Positions 37,175 to 51,208 of a DNA stretch of 64,000 nucleotides are shown here, piece by piece. The notes under the pieces are model-generated. The model saw nothing but the letters and a program-made list of their open reading frames with translations, was not told the origin of the DNA and did not search any database. The translations under genes were made by a program, and so were the position numbers. The DNA is from Calcarisporiella thermophila CBS 279.70. Its lineage: Eukaryota; Fungi; Calcarisporiellomycota. The stretch is taken from contig NW_027192195.1 in assembly GCF_041956535.1 (NCBI RefSeq), positions 86,370 to 150,369 on the forward strand. The letters are read 5' to 3'. Each line of letters starts with the position of its first letter. The first letter of the stretch is position 1.

Positions 37175-38349
37175 TTAGAACCGCTTCATACTCTCGTCCT
37201 TTTGCCGTTGATAGTAGAGAACGGCCGCGGCTACCAGCGCCCCCAACACGGTCAGCTTCATGAAGAAGCTCCACGAAAGTCGCGGAAAAGTGAACCGATG
37301 CACTCGCTTCAATACATGCTGCTTCACCTATGGAAAAGGATCACCACGCGGTCATAAAAGTTAGTCCTGTTCGAAGGGCCACCCTCCTGTGGCTCTCTTC
37401 TACTCATCTATAAATCTGGCTACATACCATAGGGTGACCGCCCGGTGAGACGATGCTATGGGTCGAGATGCTCAAGATATCATGATTGCCGCTGACATCT
37501 CCGGTTTGCGCGCTGAATCCAAGATAGGGCATGCTCGGCAGCGTCACGTTGGATATCTCGAAACATTGAATCCATTCCTCTTCAGGGGCATACTGCAAGA
37601 GTACTTCGAGATATTCCCCACGGTAGTAGGAGAGTTTAGCCTTGATGGGATTCTCCGTTCCCTGGATATCTGCTTCGCAAAGCGCAAGTGCGTTGGTAGA
37701 GCCATCTTGGTCATGGTCATAGGTAGTCTTTCCATCGCCAAGCATGGCCATGACGAAAGGATAGCCATGTTTCTAGAGCATTGCAAATATTTGGGTTTGG
37801 GTTGATATTTCGAAAGGGATACTTCGCTGCATGGAGCTTTAGACAAAAAAAAAGCTGCAACTTACATAATCGTGAGCATTCTGATAGGTGTCGAAGAAAA
37901 TACCGAGACCTTCGAATTTCTCATTGAATCCAAACGCATTTCCTGTCTCAGCGCGCTCAGTGGTAAGAAATAGACCGAACCCATCGCCAGAGAGATGACT
38001 GTTATGATTATTCGTCACTTGAAACTCCACTTCGATCTCGAAATTGGGAGATGTTAACGGCTAAGGAGACACTTAGTTGTCATCATGTTTAGAGAGCTTC
38101 TCGATCGAATTAACTCACCAGTCGACTCCACAGCCATCCATGTTGTGATGGTTGGTCAGATGTTAACCGTACATATTTCATTGTGTTAATGACCGCATCT
38201 CCGCCGAAATCCCACCAGCGACTCTGCAATTCTTGGTCGATGTAGGGGGGGTAGATCGAATGGGTCTGTACCGCAACAGCCTGTTGTGCCGAAGAGAGAA
38301 GTGGGAAGGCGACCAGCGCCGTGGCGAGCGAGCGAAGAAAGAAGTGCAT
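37175..38349 (-). CDS. L-type (legume-like) lectin cargo receptor, VIP36/ERGIC-53/Emp46-47 family
   Basis: Signal peptide, HSIYPPYIDQELQSRWWDFGGDA, GDGFGLFLT, GLGIFFDTY, YLGFSAQTGDVSGNHDI, a C-terminal TM and a KRF* tail. Confidence 0.92.
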
Positions 38350-38871
38350 CTCGTCAAAAGAACGGAAAGGGAAAGGATGATGCAATCGAGAGATGAAAAT
38401 ACGGGTGAACCTAGAGCTGGCCTTCAAAGCAATGATTCAAAATTCGTGCGGGGGGGGGCTTATGTGTCCTAAACCTTATATGAAGGACCTCGAAACCATG
38501 AGCAAGATACAAGAGCATGTTGATGCTTATTCTACCAGGACTTGCCCATATCTTTATACACCACTGCTGCCATCTTAAGCCAAAAAGCCATTTTTTGGCC
38601 CTTTACGAGGTCTATGCCTTCCACTCCCCCTTATGAGCGTTTCTTCCCCTTTTATGATTATGATCTTCGGGCTGAGCTGAATTTAGAAATTCCCGGGAAC
38701 AGACCACTGGGCCAATGTGCCTTATATACCTTTTTTTTGCTTAAGCAGCTATTCTTATTTATGGCCTAAGGCTTAACAGCTTCATTGATCGCCCCTCCCG
38801 TTCTTTGCTAACATCCGTTCTTTTACTAGCTACTTCTCTTTAATACCCTATCGCTGGTGGATTGCAAAGCT

Positions 38872-39872
38872 ATGGAGAGTTCTGCAGCCCCTGATATTGC
38901 TGGAAATGGTAAAATATTCTTCTCAACATCTCTTTGAATTTTTGCCGAACACTCCTCATAAGTGGACCTCCATATCTAGAAATACACCTTCCTCCCATTC
39001 CCACCATCATCCTCGGAATTTTCCTCAGTCTGGCTGGTGGAATATTCTGCGTTTCGGGATATCGCGTTCATCTCTATACTCCGTTCTTCACCGGCTATTT
39101 TTCAGCTACTTTCATCTCCTCGCTCTTCATCTTTCCCTTTTACAAATCAGTCCCGTCAAGTACGAATGAGAGTTTGGTTTGGATGGCCGCTTGCATGGCC
39201 CCTGCATTTCTAGGGGGAGCAATTGCCCATGTATATGGAAAGGCGCGGGAGAAATTGATAAAATTATTGACGGGAGCAATAGGCGGATTTGGCCTTGGGA
39301 TGTTGCTCTTTTCGCTAAGGACAGATGGGCTTATTCCGAACTCTATTGGGCGCTATATAATCTTGGTCATTTTGACGCTGGCTGGAGGCGGGTGCACCCT
39401 CCTTCCCTGGGGTATTTTTGCTTGGCTTCTAGCCTATGCTTCCACTGGTGCCTACGCCTTCTTCGTTGGGCTCGACCTTATCCTTCGCACTGGGTATGCA
39501 CTCGGATACATCTCACTCCTGTCCAGCTCCGGTCGATATGTCCTCTCCGGCAATGTCATTCCAATGGCGACTTGCGCTTTGCTGATGGCTGTTCTGGGCT
39601 TCGGGTGGCAGGGACTGAATTTCAGGAGAAATCTGAAAATGTTCAGGAACGTGTGTGCAGTACAGGAGGAGATAGAGGCAGTGGTGCATGCACATCCAAA
39701 AGTAGTGGTGGAGTCTAATGACAGTTGGAGAAGCGGCGCGCCAGAAGATAGGGCTAGAAGACATGGGCAACCCCATAGAGCAAAAAGACCTCGTACTGGC
39801 AGTGGAAGACCCATGTCCAAGGTGAATAGGTCGAGTCAGCATCTGATAAGAGGACCTCCTTCTCCACATTGA
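38872..39872 (+). CDS. DUF4203/TMEM198-like multi-pass membrane protein
   Basis: Exons 38872-38908 and 38980-39872. Motifs CVSGYR, GAIGGFGLGM and ASTGAYAFFVGLD, with about 7 TM segments. Confidence 0.75.
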
Positions 39873-40096
39873 TTTAATCTATTTATTCTACTGTTCTTTT
39901 ATTTGTCTATATGTCTGATATCTCGCTTATTCCCCCATACTATATATCTAATATATATTTACACGAATGGAATAGAATAGAAAACTGTTTCTGATGTCAA
40001 TTTGATGACGTCAGCAGAATTTGGAAATAATAAGCGAGCGGTTCTGTCGTTCGAAAACAGATTGGATCTCTTTAATCACTAAAATATCTGCATACC

Positions 40097-40956
40097 ATGG
40101 CTTCGTACCTTGCTAGTATCTACGGGACAGAAAAAGACAAGTAAGTGGTTTATGATCTCAATCTGTAGATCTTTAAATGTATATCCTAATCAATAATTCA
40201 ATCACTTTGTAGAGTCAATTGCTCGTTTTATTTCAAGATCGGTGCTTGTCGTCATGGCGATCGCTGCTCAAGGAAACATGTCAAGCCTACTTTCTCGCAA
40301 ACGATCCTTCTTCCTAATGTATTCCACAATCCTATACACGATCCTGGAAACTCAATGACCTCCGATGAGGTCCAGCAGTATTTTGATGATTGTAAGATCA
40401 GTACTTTTTTTTGTTAATATGCCATGTCCTTGTATAATCAGAGTTGTACTTACTTTCTTTTTCCTTTATTCATTAGTCTATCAGGATATGTTCGTCGAGC
40501 TTGCAAAATACGGCGAGATTGAGGAGATGAATGTCTGCGATAATGTCGGTGATCACCTTGTTGGGAATGTGTATGTACAATATGCCCGGGAAGAAGATGC
40601 TGGCAAAGCGGTCGAAAGTCTGAATCACCGTTTCTATGGAGGTATTTATCTTTCTATATTCTATATCTCTGTATCCACAGTGATGATGTAACATTTTATC
40701 TTTTTCTTCCAATATCTCAGGGAGACCACTCTATGCCGAACTCTCGCCTGTCTCTGATTTTCGTGAAGCCTGCTGTCGTCAGCACGAAGCGGGTGAGTGT
40801 CAACGTGGTGGGTTTTGCAACTTTATGCACCTTAAATACCCAACTCGACAATTGCGCAAGGACCTTTATGCAGCGCAGCGGGCAATGATGCGAGAAATGC
40901 GAAGGCGGAAGCGAGACGAAGAAAGGGACCAAGATCGGTCAGAGCCGAGGGACTGA
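40097..40956 (+). CDS. U2AF1: Splicing factor U2AF small subunit (U2AF35/U2AF23)
   Basis: [15 protein letters not shown]|[37 protein letters not shown] and [15 protein letters not shown]...CNFMH. Three introns. Confidence 0.96.
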
Positions 40957-41474
40957 TAAAGCTGAGCAGAAGCCCTTTTCCTGTTGGTATCTGCATTTAC
41001 TCGGGTTGACTGCGATTATTTTCCTGTTCAAATACAAGGCGTTTTTGCTAAAGAAACGGTGATGGTGCGAGCAACTACAGATACAGCCCGATAGCGCATA
41101 GAGGGGGCATTTTCGTTTTATTTCTTTTTCTCTTCCTTTTTTCTTTTTCTTCATTTTATTATTTTTGTATATTAATTTTTAATATGAACATTGTTGCCTT
41201 TTTTTTTTGGTCAGAATCACACCGGCATAAAATATTATAGTAGATCTACAGTAATTTTGGAAGAGCTCAGTCTCTCGGAAAGCGCATAGTTAGAAAAGAA
41301 ATCAGAGCTATGAAAATATAGAAAATATGAAGTTAGCGGTGAGAGTGCACATGCAGGGTTCAAATGCATTTTGTAAAAAAAGGAGGTTTTGACTGCTTTT
41401 GGTTGGGACTAATTATTAACATGTATCATTTTTGTTGAATACAGTCTCTTTCCAAATATTGCCACTCGTTTCAC

Positions 41475-42511
41475 ATGGAAGTTGAAATAAAAGTAACATT
41501 ACTTACATGTCCGTTGCTATAAAAGAAAGAAATTCAATGAAATGGCCTCCTCTCTTTTGAATTAGATCCAGTTCCCAGAGGCCGATTTCCGGAGACTCCA
41601 GCAACTGCTTGCTCCATCATTCGCGACCGACGAACAGGAAAACTACTACTTCGATGGCCTAGATTCCGAACTGCACGTATCCCTTCTCCCCCTTTTATTT
41701 CCAAAAGTAATCTATTGACAATGGACGTCTAGAACAAAGCAGCGTCAAGTGTTTAGAGTACGCGTCATAGGGGACCGTGCCATTATTACCCTGAAAGGTA
41801 ACGCCATTTTGGAAGGAGGAATCTCGCGTGTTGAAGAGGTGAATTATCGCGCATTTTGCTTTTAATTTCTCAATCTCCATATCTTTTCAATGCACACCTT
41901 TTTTTGTATTAAGAGGGAAGAAGAGCTGGATATCAATATCGCGAGGAACATAATTGCAGACCCGAGTCGGATTGCATCTCTTGCCCAGAGGTAACTTTTT
42001 CGCAAGCGTCTTTGTTTGTATTCGCCTATTATTGTTCGCATCTAACCGTACACTATACCAAAAGCAATCGACTCCTCAACGATGTGGTGGACAAATACGC
42101 CTGCAGTGGATACAAGCTCGTGGGCCGCTACGCGACTCTGAGAGAAAAGTACCGTTGGAGAACGATGGTCGTTGAGTTGGATGCCACCACGGTATAGAGA
42201 AAATCGAATTCTTTCCCTTGGATCCCATTGTTTCTCGGGTAGCTTAACGACACTTGTGTGGATGTTAGTTTGATTTCGGGCGGATGTATGAGATGGAGGT
42301 GGAAACAACGGAGCCGGAACGTGTGAGAGCAGAGCTGTAAATGAAATGATCTTCTCTACATAATGCTGTCTCTCTAAACACCAAGTAACCACATTATTAA
42401 CACCACTATTTATTGTGCTTTAGTGAAGACTTCCTGCGCGAGCACCAACTTAACTATGCATATAGCACTCGCAACAAGTTCAACAACATGGTCGCCGGCT
42501 CCATCGCTTGA
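41475..42511 (+). CDS. CYTH/triphosphate tunnel metalloenzyme, TTM3-like
   Basis: An 18-nt first exon encodes MEVEIK (ExExK). Then QENYYFD, VFRVR, ITLKGNAILEGGISRVEE, ELDATTFDFGRMYEMEVETTEPE and STRNKF. Seven exons. Confidence 0.9.
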
Positions 42512-42631
42512 TTACATCGTGTATTTATTATTGCTTGAGTGTGTATAATGAAAAGGGAGACGAAGGAGGGAAAAAATAAAAGAACGTAAATAAAATTAGA
42601 AGAACAATAACACAAGGATGATATCAATAAT

Positions 42632-45096
42632 TTAAGTCTTTGTAACCTGGACGACCTGGATTGTGCCGTCTATTGCCCCAGTCAGCAGGACTCCAGTGCC
42701 TGGAGCCCAATCTACCACGCTGAGGGGTTGGGCATGTGGACTCAACTTCAGTGGCTTCTCTCCCTCTCTGCTCACGCTTAGAAGGCTACCTGCATTTCCG
42801 GTGGAGGCGTAGACGACATAATCTGTATCGCCGCTGAACGCGACCCTTCTTCCAAGACACGAAGTATCAAGAACGGAGGTCGGTAAGGGAGGGGCGTAAT
42901 CCGGGAGATGAAGTGTCGCGTAACACTCGCCGGGCTTATGCATTGACCAGCGCGTCAGAAGGCCACTATTGGAGCTCACCGCAAATACCGTGTTTTCATC
43001 AAAGCTAAACTCTACCGAGCCCAGGCCTCCTACCGCGCCTCCCATAGCTCCCTCCCCCCCACCTCCCCCTCCGCCATCGCACTTGGTGATATCCCACTCC
43101 ATGATCGGGGTAAAGGTCCTTATGTCGAACACTCGCATCATTCCACTCGCATCCCCGGCAACAAACAATTGACCATTGTGGTTGAATCGCATAGCAGTGA
43201 TGGGCGCAGAATTGGGGAGGTTGCAGAACCGAGTAGGGGTGGGTTTCTTGGTATTGTAGGCGGTAATAGTTACATGACCTGGGGTTGAGTATTGCTTGCC
43301 ACTGCTGCTGGACGCACAAACCAATGCAAGAGGCTCAGTTGGACTGGAGCACACCTGGGTTATCCTGGAGGAGGAAGAGGTGAGGTGAGCACCCGACCCA
43401 GATCCGGTTGGCTGAAATTCAAGCATAGAATAGCTCACCTTGGGTATTTCTCCTCGCCGCCAAACTCCCACACAACCCCCCTCCCCTCCACACTCCACAT
43501 CTTCACCATCCCTTCGTCAGTTCCGACAAATACAAATCTTCGATCTCGTATTCTTGCCTCCCATTCTATACAGGTCACCTCTGCTCCGTCGCCTCCAATT
43601 TTCAGCGGCGCGCTCGTCCCACTGTGGCTCCAAACACGTACAATATTGTCGCTATCTGTGCTGGCAATGAGGTCCCCGTCCACGGAAAAGCGGGCATCGA
43701 CTATGGCAGAGGTGTGCTCCAGAAATTCCTCCCGGCGTGTCACGGTGAGCTTTTCGATCACCTTTTCCCTCTTGTGCCGTCCGTCGCCTTCCGCCCCACC
43801 CCCGCCATCATCCGATAGGTCTGCCTCCTCAGGATAGGGGGTGGAAGAGGCGCTTCTTTCTTGCATAGAATGGATTGATTTTGCAGTAGGCGAAGACGGC
43901 ACTGCTTTCTTCTCTCCTCCCCCTGAAGAAGCAGAAGCGGGTTTGGGTTTTAGTGGGCTGGCGCTGTCGACCAAGGATGCGGCACGCCGCCGACTCTGAC
44001 TGCTCGGATGGAGTCGTTCAGTAGATTTTGTTGTGTCAAAGGAAGAGGCTTCCGAAGGAGACGAGCTCACTTTGAGTTGACTGATCTGAGACTGGAGCTG
44101 TGCTAATTCGGCAAGGAGAGAACGACGATGGAGGAGATCCGAGGTAACGGATAAAAGTTTCGGCAGCACTGTTACATACAGAGGACACGCACATAAGTTA
44201 AGTTATTGAATGCCAATTGCGACAAGCAAGCATATTCCTACCCATATTTTGGAATATCGTATTCAAGAAATTATGCAGCGACAGTACAAAAACATCGTGC
44301 CATTGCTTCGTAAAGAAGACCTCAAATGCCGGGTCAGAGGACGGATTAGCGAGATAGGGCAGGGCTTATTATTGAAAAAGAGAGAGAAAGGAGTTCCCGG
44401 GCCATCAGCATAGAGTAATAAATACGTGGCAATTATGAATTGCGTTACCAAACCACTTGCTCCATTCCGCATCCCCTTGTAGTTCACTTCCAAGCAATTC
44501 GAAGAACTCTGTTATCTTATCTGCACGTTTGTGTTGGACCGCTATTGAATAGTTCGGAGAGGGTCAACGACTTTGAATAGAATAAAGGCGTGCAAAGAAA
44601 TAAAACTTGCCATGCACGAGATAACACCGCAACAAGCAAGTCTCGAAATACTTTACTGTATTGGCAAATCGCCCCTCGACCCTTGAGAAATACCGCGTGT
44701 CCAAATATTTCCAATAGTCTAATAATGAGGTGAGATCGCCTGCGCTTATGAAATTGAAAAATTCGTCCACGATTTTATCGGCCTACACGGAGGAGAGATG
44801 GAGGAGTTGGAGGAGCGGATCGAATTGCTATTTATTTTTCTTTCTAATGAGATCAGAATGAACTTCAAGATAGATTACCTGGAATCCTTTGTCCTTGTCA
44901 GTCCGGCATTCCGTACTGAAGGCGCGAAACGATGCTACAAATCCTCTGAACTGCACTCCCCCCGACATTAATAAGTATAGGATCAGCTTTCAGATGCCAT
45001 TCCATGGAACGAAAGGATGGAACCAACCAACAAGTACTCCTTGACAAGATCATCCACGTACTGGATGGCTTCTAAGTTGTCCTCTTTTCTGTTCAT
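42632..45096 (-). CDS. WDR91: WD repeat-containing protein 91 homologue
   Basis: VDDLVKEYLLFRGF...DKDKGFQADKIVDE, LPYLANPSSDPAFEVFFTKQW...SLHNFL, and C-terminal WD40 repeats starting EEFLEHTSAI. Confidence 0.9.
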
Positions 45097-45535
45097 AATC
45101 TTCCACCGATGAGTTTAGTGAACCGCTTCGCGTCTATGGACGAACCCTCCACAATTGAACTGAAAAATGGATCCTTAAATTTAAGGTGCATCTGAAAGCC
45201 GTCTGATACCGATTCATGAAATGAGGAGTATTTTATTATAAAGATTGCATGGCAGTATAAAAAAAACACAGATAAAAGAGACTTTGCAAAGAAATAGAAG
45301 AGAGTGAATAAGCACACAGTAGAACACACATGAGAGGAGCATGACGGAAACAAAAAGAAGGAAACATAGAGATCCAACTGGAAAGAATCAAATAGTAATA
45401 TAGCAACGGTATCTACACATAGGATAGGCATAAAAGAACAAGACCCTTCCGCTTGCTCGTTCCCCCTCCTCCTAAAAATCACGAATAGAAGCTTTCTAGT
45501 ATGTAGCGGATAAATAAAAAGGGTTCCCGTAAGCT

Positions 45536-47156
45536 CTAAAGGAAAAAGTGTGTGAAAGATTTGCTCTCCTCGTGGACCCTCATCTCGCGCATCTTGAATT
45601 CGTTGAGTTCATGTTTGATCTGCTGGGCAATCAGCGGGGAGAGCCTAGCGCACGTCGCGTTTGCATCCGAGCTGCGATCGTAGAGGGTGGAGGGATACGT
45701 TTCATGCACGCTCACCGTCTCGCTAAATTGCAGGCGCCTTGAGGTGCGATCGAGGGAGGGGGCCGAGCGCGCCCGTGGGAGGGAGTGAATGTTGCCGGGG
45801 CTTAGCGTGGAACTGGTGGTGGCCGAGGAGACGGAGGAGGTGGAGGAGGGCTGGCTATTGACCACGTATGTGGTCAGCGACGACTCCGAGGAGGAGGGGC
45901 TGGCCGAAATGTCCATCTGCAAGTTGGTATTGATTTTTGGGAGAGGCATGGGCTCTGCCATCATCATGTCTCCATAATAGTGGGAAACGGGACGGCGTGA
46001 CTCAGCCAGCCGATGGCGGCGTTTGGACGAGTGCGAGCTGGAGCGGCGCTCACGGTCCTCTTTCGAAGAGTGCTGCTGACTGCTTTTGCTGTCTTTACTG
46101 CTAACGCTGCTGCGTCTATTGCCGCTGCGCGCACGCAAATCCTGCACAGAGTGCCGGCGCGGAGGCAATTTGCGCGAGTTGGGTGGAGTGGAAACGTGCG
46201 CAGCAGAGTCCTGCACGGGATGGTGCGGGTGGGAGCGGGGGATGTGGGCGTGGGTTGCGGAAGAAAGCGACGAGTGCCTGTATTGCGCCCTCCTCGACCC
46301 AGGCGAAGATCGAGAGCCCGCCGCAGGCAAGGAGGCCGAGCCGGAGGAATTGGAGGGCGAGGTAGGGGTTAAGGGGGTGGTGGGAGTGGTGGGAGTGGTA
46401 GGAGTGGTAGGAGTGGTGGGGGTCGTCGGGGTAGTAGGGGTGGCAGGCAAGGCGGGGGCAGTCGGGGTGGTGGGAGTGGGAGGTAGAGAGGCAGACGACA
46501 GCCCTTTGCGGAAGTCGGGGAGAGAGCGCGAAAAGCGGCTGAATCTCAAGCTGTGCAGAGGAGACTTCACGCCCTGCTCGCCGTCCAATTCGGCCGCCTT
46601 TTCCCCTTGTTTGGGGGTTCCTTTCCTGCTGAAGACCCGGAAAATACGCTTCACCAGCGAAGGCTTCACGGCTTCGAGGGGAGGAGCAGGCTTGTTATTA
46701 GCATCGGGGGCAGGAGCTTCGGGGGTAGATGCAGGGGGCTGCTGTTGTAAGAGATGATGGAGGGGGACGAGATCATCAGCATCGTCGTCCGAAGAGGTTT
46801 CAGAGGATGAGGTGTTGTACTCAAGGGCAGGTCCGGCTGCGGTCGTCGTGATGTCGGAAGGCTTTGAATGGGTAACGGGTGAGTTTTCTACCGCGATGGG
46901 AGATTGTACAATTATATCGTCGCTGTTTTTATCGCGCACCTCGATTTTCGGGGTGCCACCGACCTTTGGGAAAGCATCGCAGGGCTGATAAACAAAACAT
47001 CATGTAAATAAAAAAAAGGTATGACAAATGCATAGACGTCATATTTACATCACGAGCAGAAAGCGTAGGTGGATATACGAATCCATCAGCGGCAACGGCT
47101 CTATCAGATGGGAGGAGAATATCCTGTGTACGAGCAACAGCAACAGTAGCGGCCAT
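45536..47156 (-). CDS. Bni4/Phactr-like PP1-targeting protein (disordered, conserved C-terminal domain; 511 aa)
   Basis: C-terminus RRLQFSETVSVHETYPSTLYDRS...ARLSPLIAQQIKHELNEFKMREMRVHEESKSFTHFF contains an RVxF-like motif. Exons 47156-47049 and 46963-45536. Confidence 0.8.
46373..46443 (-). repeat. Coding 9-nt tandem repeat (PTT, about 7 copies)
   Basis: GGAGTGGT(G/A)-type units on the + strand translate on the - strand as TPTTPTTPTTPTTPTTPTTPTTP. Confidence 0.85.
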
Positions 47157-47854
47157 GATTAGATGATTGGAGGCGGATTAGATTGAGAATTAAGGCTGGA
47201 TAAGATTAAGAGACTTGAGCAGGAAAGGCAGGCTGCAATAACAATGGGAGGGGAAATTAACACAGGAAATGACGAGGAGAATTAAGAGAATTAGAGAGGA
47301 ATGGGGCGATAAATAATAGATAAAGACGTGGGGATTAGCCTGGAGAAAAAAAGAGACTACAGCGAGGGGAAGTGGCAAAGGAATGGAAGCAAGGCAGAGA
47401 GATTAAGGTTAAGAGAACCAGTTTAGCTGCTCTCTCTCACACCAATACTGTACTGTAGGCTAAAAAACGAGAGGGTGTGAAGAGAGATGACAGGATAAAA
47501 AGGACCAGGAAAAATATAACAAGAGGGAGGAACAGGATAAAAAAAGCAAAGAGCAGCTCCACAATAAATTAATTTAACTCGGTACGACCTCATCACAAAA
47601 AATAAGACCTAGTTCTATTTTCCAGGTCCGCTCCTGAGACCTCCCAATTTCCCCATCCCGAGACAACGTCATTCGCAAGGAGCGTGGCGTGCAAGTGGCG
47701 ACAGCGGTTTGTCATATCGGTTTGCCCAGCAATGCCGCTAAGGTTTTCCCACCGCCCGCCTTATATAAAGGCTTTATTCGCCCGCTCGCCGGGAATGGAT
47801 TGCTAAGGGATCCCGTCCCCCACTGATATCTCTCCCGTCTGGTTTCATCCCAAT

Positions 47855-48022
47855 ATGCCGTCACAGCGTCCCCAAGAAGCGGCTCCGCAATCGCTTCTAT
47901 TTAATCTACGTGTTCTTCTGGCCGTGGCCATTGTCTTTCTACTGATTCTCATGGCTCCGCCGCGCCCTTCGATCCTAGCCCACAGGTCTTCCTCTATTTC
48001 TGTTGACTCGGATAAATTCTAG
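47855..48022 (+). CDS. Candidate 55-aa single-pass membrane microprotein
   Basis: MPSQRPQEAAPQSLLFNLRVLLAVAIVFLLILMAPPRPSILAHRSSSISVDSDKF*. A TATATAAA box lies at about 47762-47769, and AT-rich sequence follows the stop. Confidence 0.4.
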   Translation: MPSQRPQEAAPQSLLFNLRVLLAVAIVFLLILMAPPRPSILAHRSSSISVDSDKF

Positions 48023-50014
48023 ATCATTGTATCATTTAGCTATTCAATCGAGCTGCGATTATCCCCATCACCTCTACGTGAATTGCATTTTTTTTTTCAC
48101 TCACATATACCGTGCGATATTTTATTTATTTCTATAGTTGTTCCTCTAACCATTCTTGTAAACTATTATGTATTTACTTTGAACAACTCTCCATCGCTGT
48201 TACTGGGATTATAAACATTTGTTTATTTATTGAATCATCGTTGCGAATGCATCCAACAATTTTTTGGAGAAGAGAAATTAGCAGCGTTATACTCTTAATG
48301 CTCTAGGCGTAATATAATACAATAGATACAATAATAAGTAATATCTAGCGGAAGCATGTATCATTCGCATTTTCGCGAAAGCATCGACAGCAAAGCGTCA
48401 AATGATACCTGCGGATAAGGCCAACATAATGGCTGCAACCAGAGCTAGTTAGAGTAAGAATACCCGGCCCACTTCGGAAAGCTCTATTGCCCATATACAA
48501 ATCAGAAGAGGGCTAATGCGCCAAGAGACCATTCACGCTATTCCTTGTCAAAATTTCGTGAACGTGAGAGTCAGACTTGAACCAAGAGGCTGGATGAAAG
48601 CTAAGTATCCTTAGACGACTTCTTTGATATCGTGGCTTAGTGCAAATAATGTACTCGAACAATGGCCGCAAAGTTGAGGATTAAATATGGATATAATCAA
48701 CTACGATTCTGTGCAGTGCTTGCAGCTACCTCAATCGGCATAAAAGAAAGTCTTTGTTTACGCATGCACTTGCATACATAATGGGATATATGACTATAAA
48801 ATGGCATTAGATGCATTGCAATACCATTTTGGATATATTTACCAAGTTAGTGAAAGACTGACAAAAAACCGAGCTAAAACTAATGTAGAGCAAAGCTTAG
48901 GGAGGGGGGGAGGAGGGGAAGGTGTGAGTAAGACCCCATGGATGAATGGATCAACTGAATGCCAACGCTTCTTTTGCAATCGCCATTTTGCCAAGTGATA
49001 CAAATAAAATCGGATTAATTTATGACATTTCTTTACCAAAATTATTCCACTAATGCTTTGGCGACAAAAAGTGAATAAGACAAGGTCCTTTTCATCTCTG
49101 TTCCACTGGTCGGAACCCTTTCTGAAACGGCTCGTCCCGCTTCCATCCATTAGGCCCCTGCCACATAGGTCCTTAAACCTTCAGCGTCCCATCTTATGTA
49201 CACTTAGAAGAGATTGAAATCCCCGTAGCTCATAAAATGGTGCAAAAAGGCCAGTCAATCCATAGATGAACACCTTGAACCCTTTCACTGTGTAATGCCA
49301 AGTTTATGGATTATGATGTAAAGTCGAATCTTCAGTTGGTGTTCCCGTTATCTTTGTAAAAATTAGTCGCACAAAGAATATTGCGTTAAACGAACGTAAG
49401 GTGTGCTCCTGGAATGTAACCTATTCAATTATATAGGCGACAGTCTCACAAAAGTTTCCATTCCGTTGCGAATTTATCCGCTTGATGGAATAGCGCCAGT
49501 TGTACCAGGTTGGGGAAAAGTTTACTATATGCAGCTCAATTAGGTGGGTTTTATTTCGGAAAATGGAACCAGGTATTATCCTTCAAATGGCAAAAATATA
49601 CAGTGGGTCACAGGTAATATCCCCCTGAAAAAAAAAAAGAGATAGCGACACCTCCCAATATCCCTAACCTATCCATTCTTCCGGTTTGATGTTGGAAGGA
49701 GTTCAAGAATGACGTTGGGGGGAATGAGTCAACCCCGCCGAATACTGCGCAATCGATCAGGGTGTAAGAAATCCATGCATTGTGAAAAATAGTTCGAGGG
49801 GGAGGGGGAGGGGGAGAGATGGTCTGGAGGACAATTTTTGTATATTTTACCAAGCCTTTTTTGTGGAAAAAAAAGTCAAAAACTATAGGAATACATCAAG
49901 AATAAAAAAATGAATGGGCAGAGAAGGGAACATATGATATATATAACTGCACAGCTTTGTATATAGGAGAGTGTCTAAATCCAATGAGTTTCCTCACCAT
50001 GGTGTATATTTTCT

Positions 50015-51208
<1,194 letters not shown>

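Noticed and set aside
40938-41100. Possible alternative 3' exon of U2AF1 via a GTCAGA donor
   Set aside because: An in-frame stop exists at 40956 and no convincing conserved extension can be shown without transcripts.
46086-46757. GVV-repeat ORF on the + strand
   Set aside because: It is the reverse complement of the PTT repeat in the Bni4-like gene.
48371-48380. TTTCGCGAAA palindrome (double SCB/E2F-like site)
   Set aside because: It is isolated, far from any supported start codon and short enough to arise by chance.
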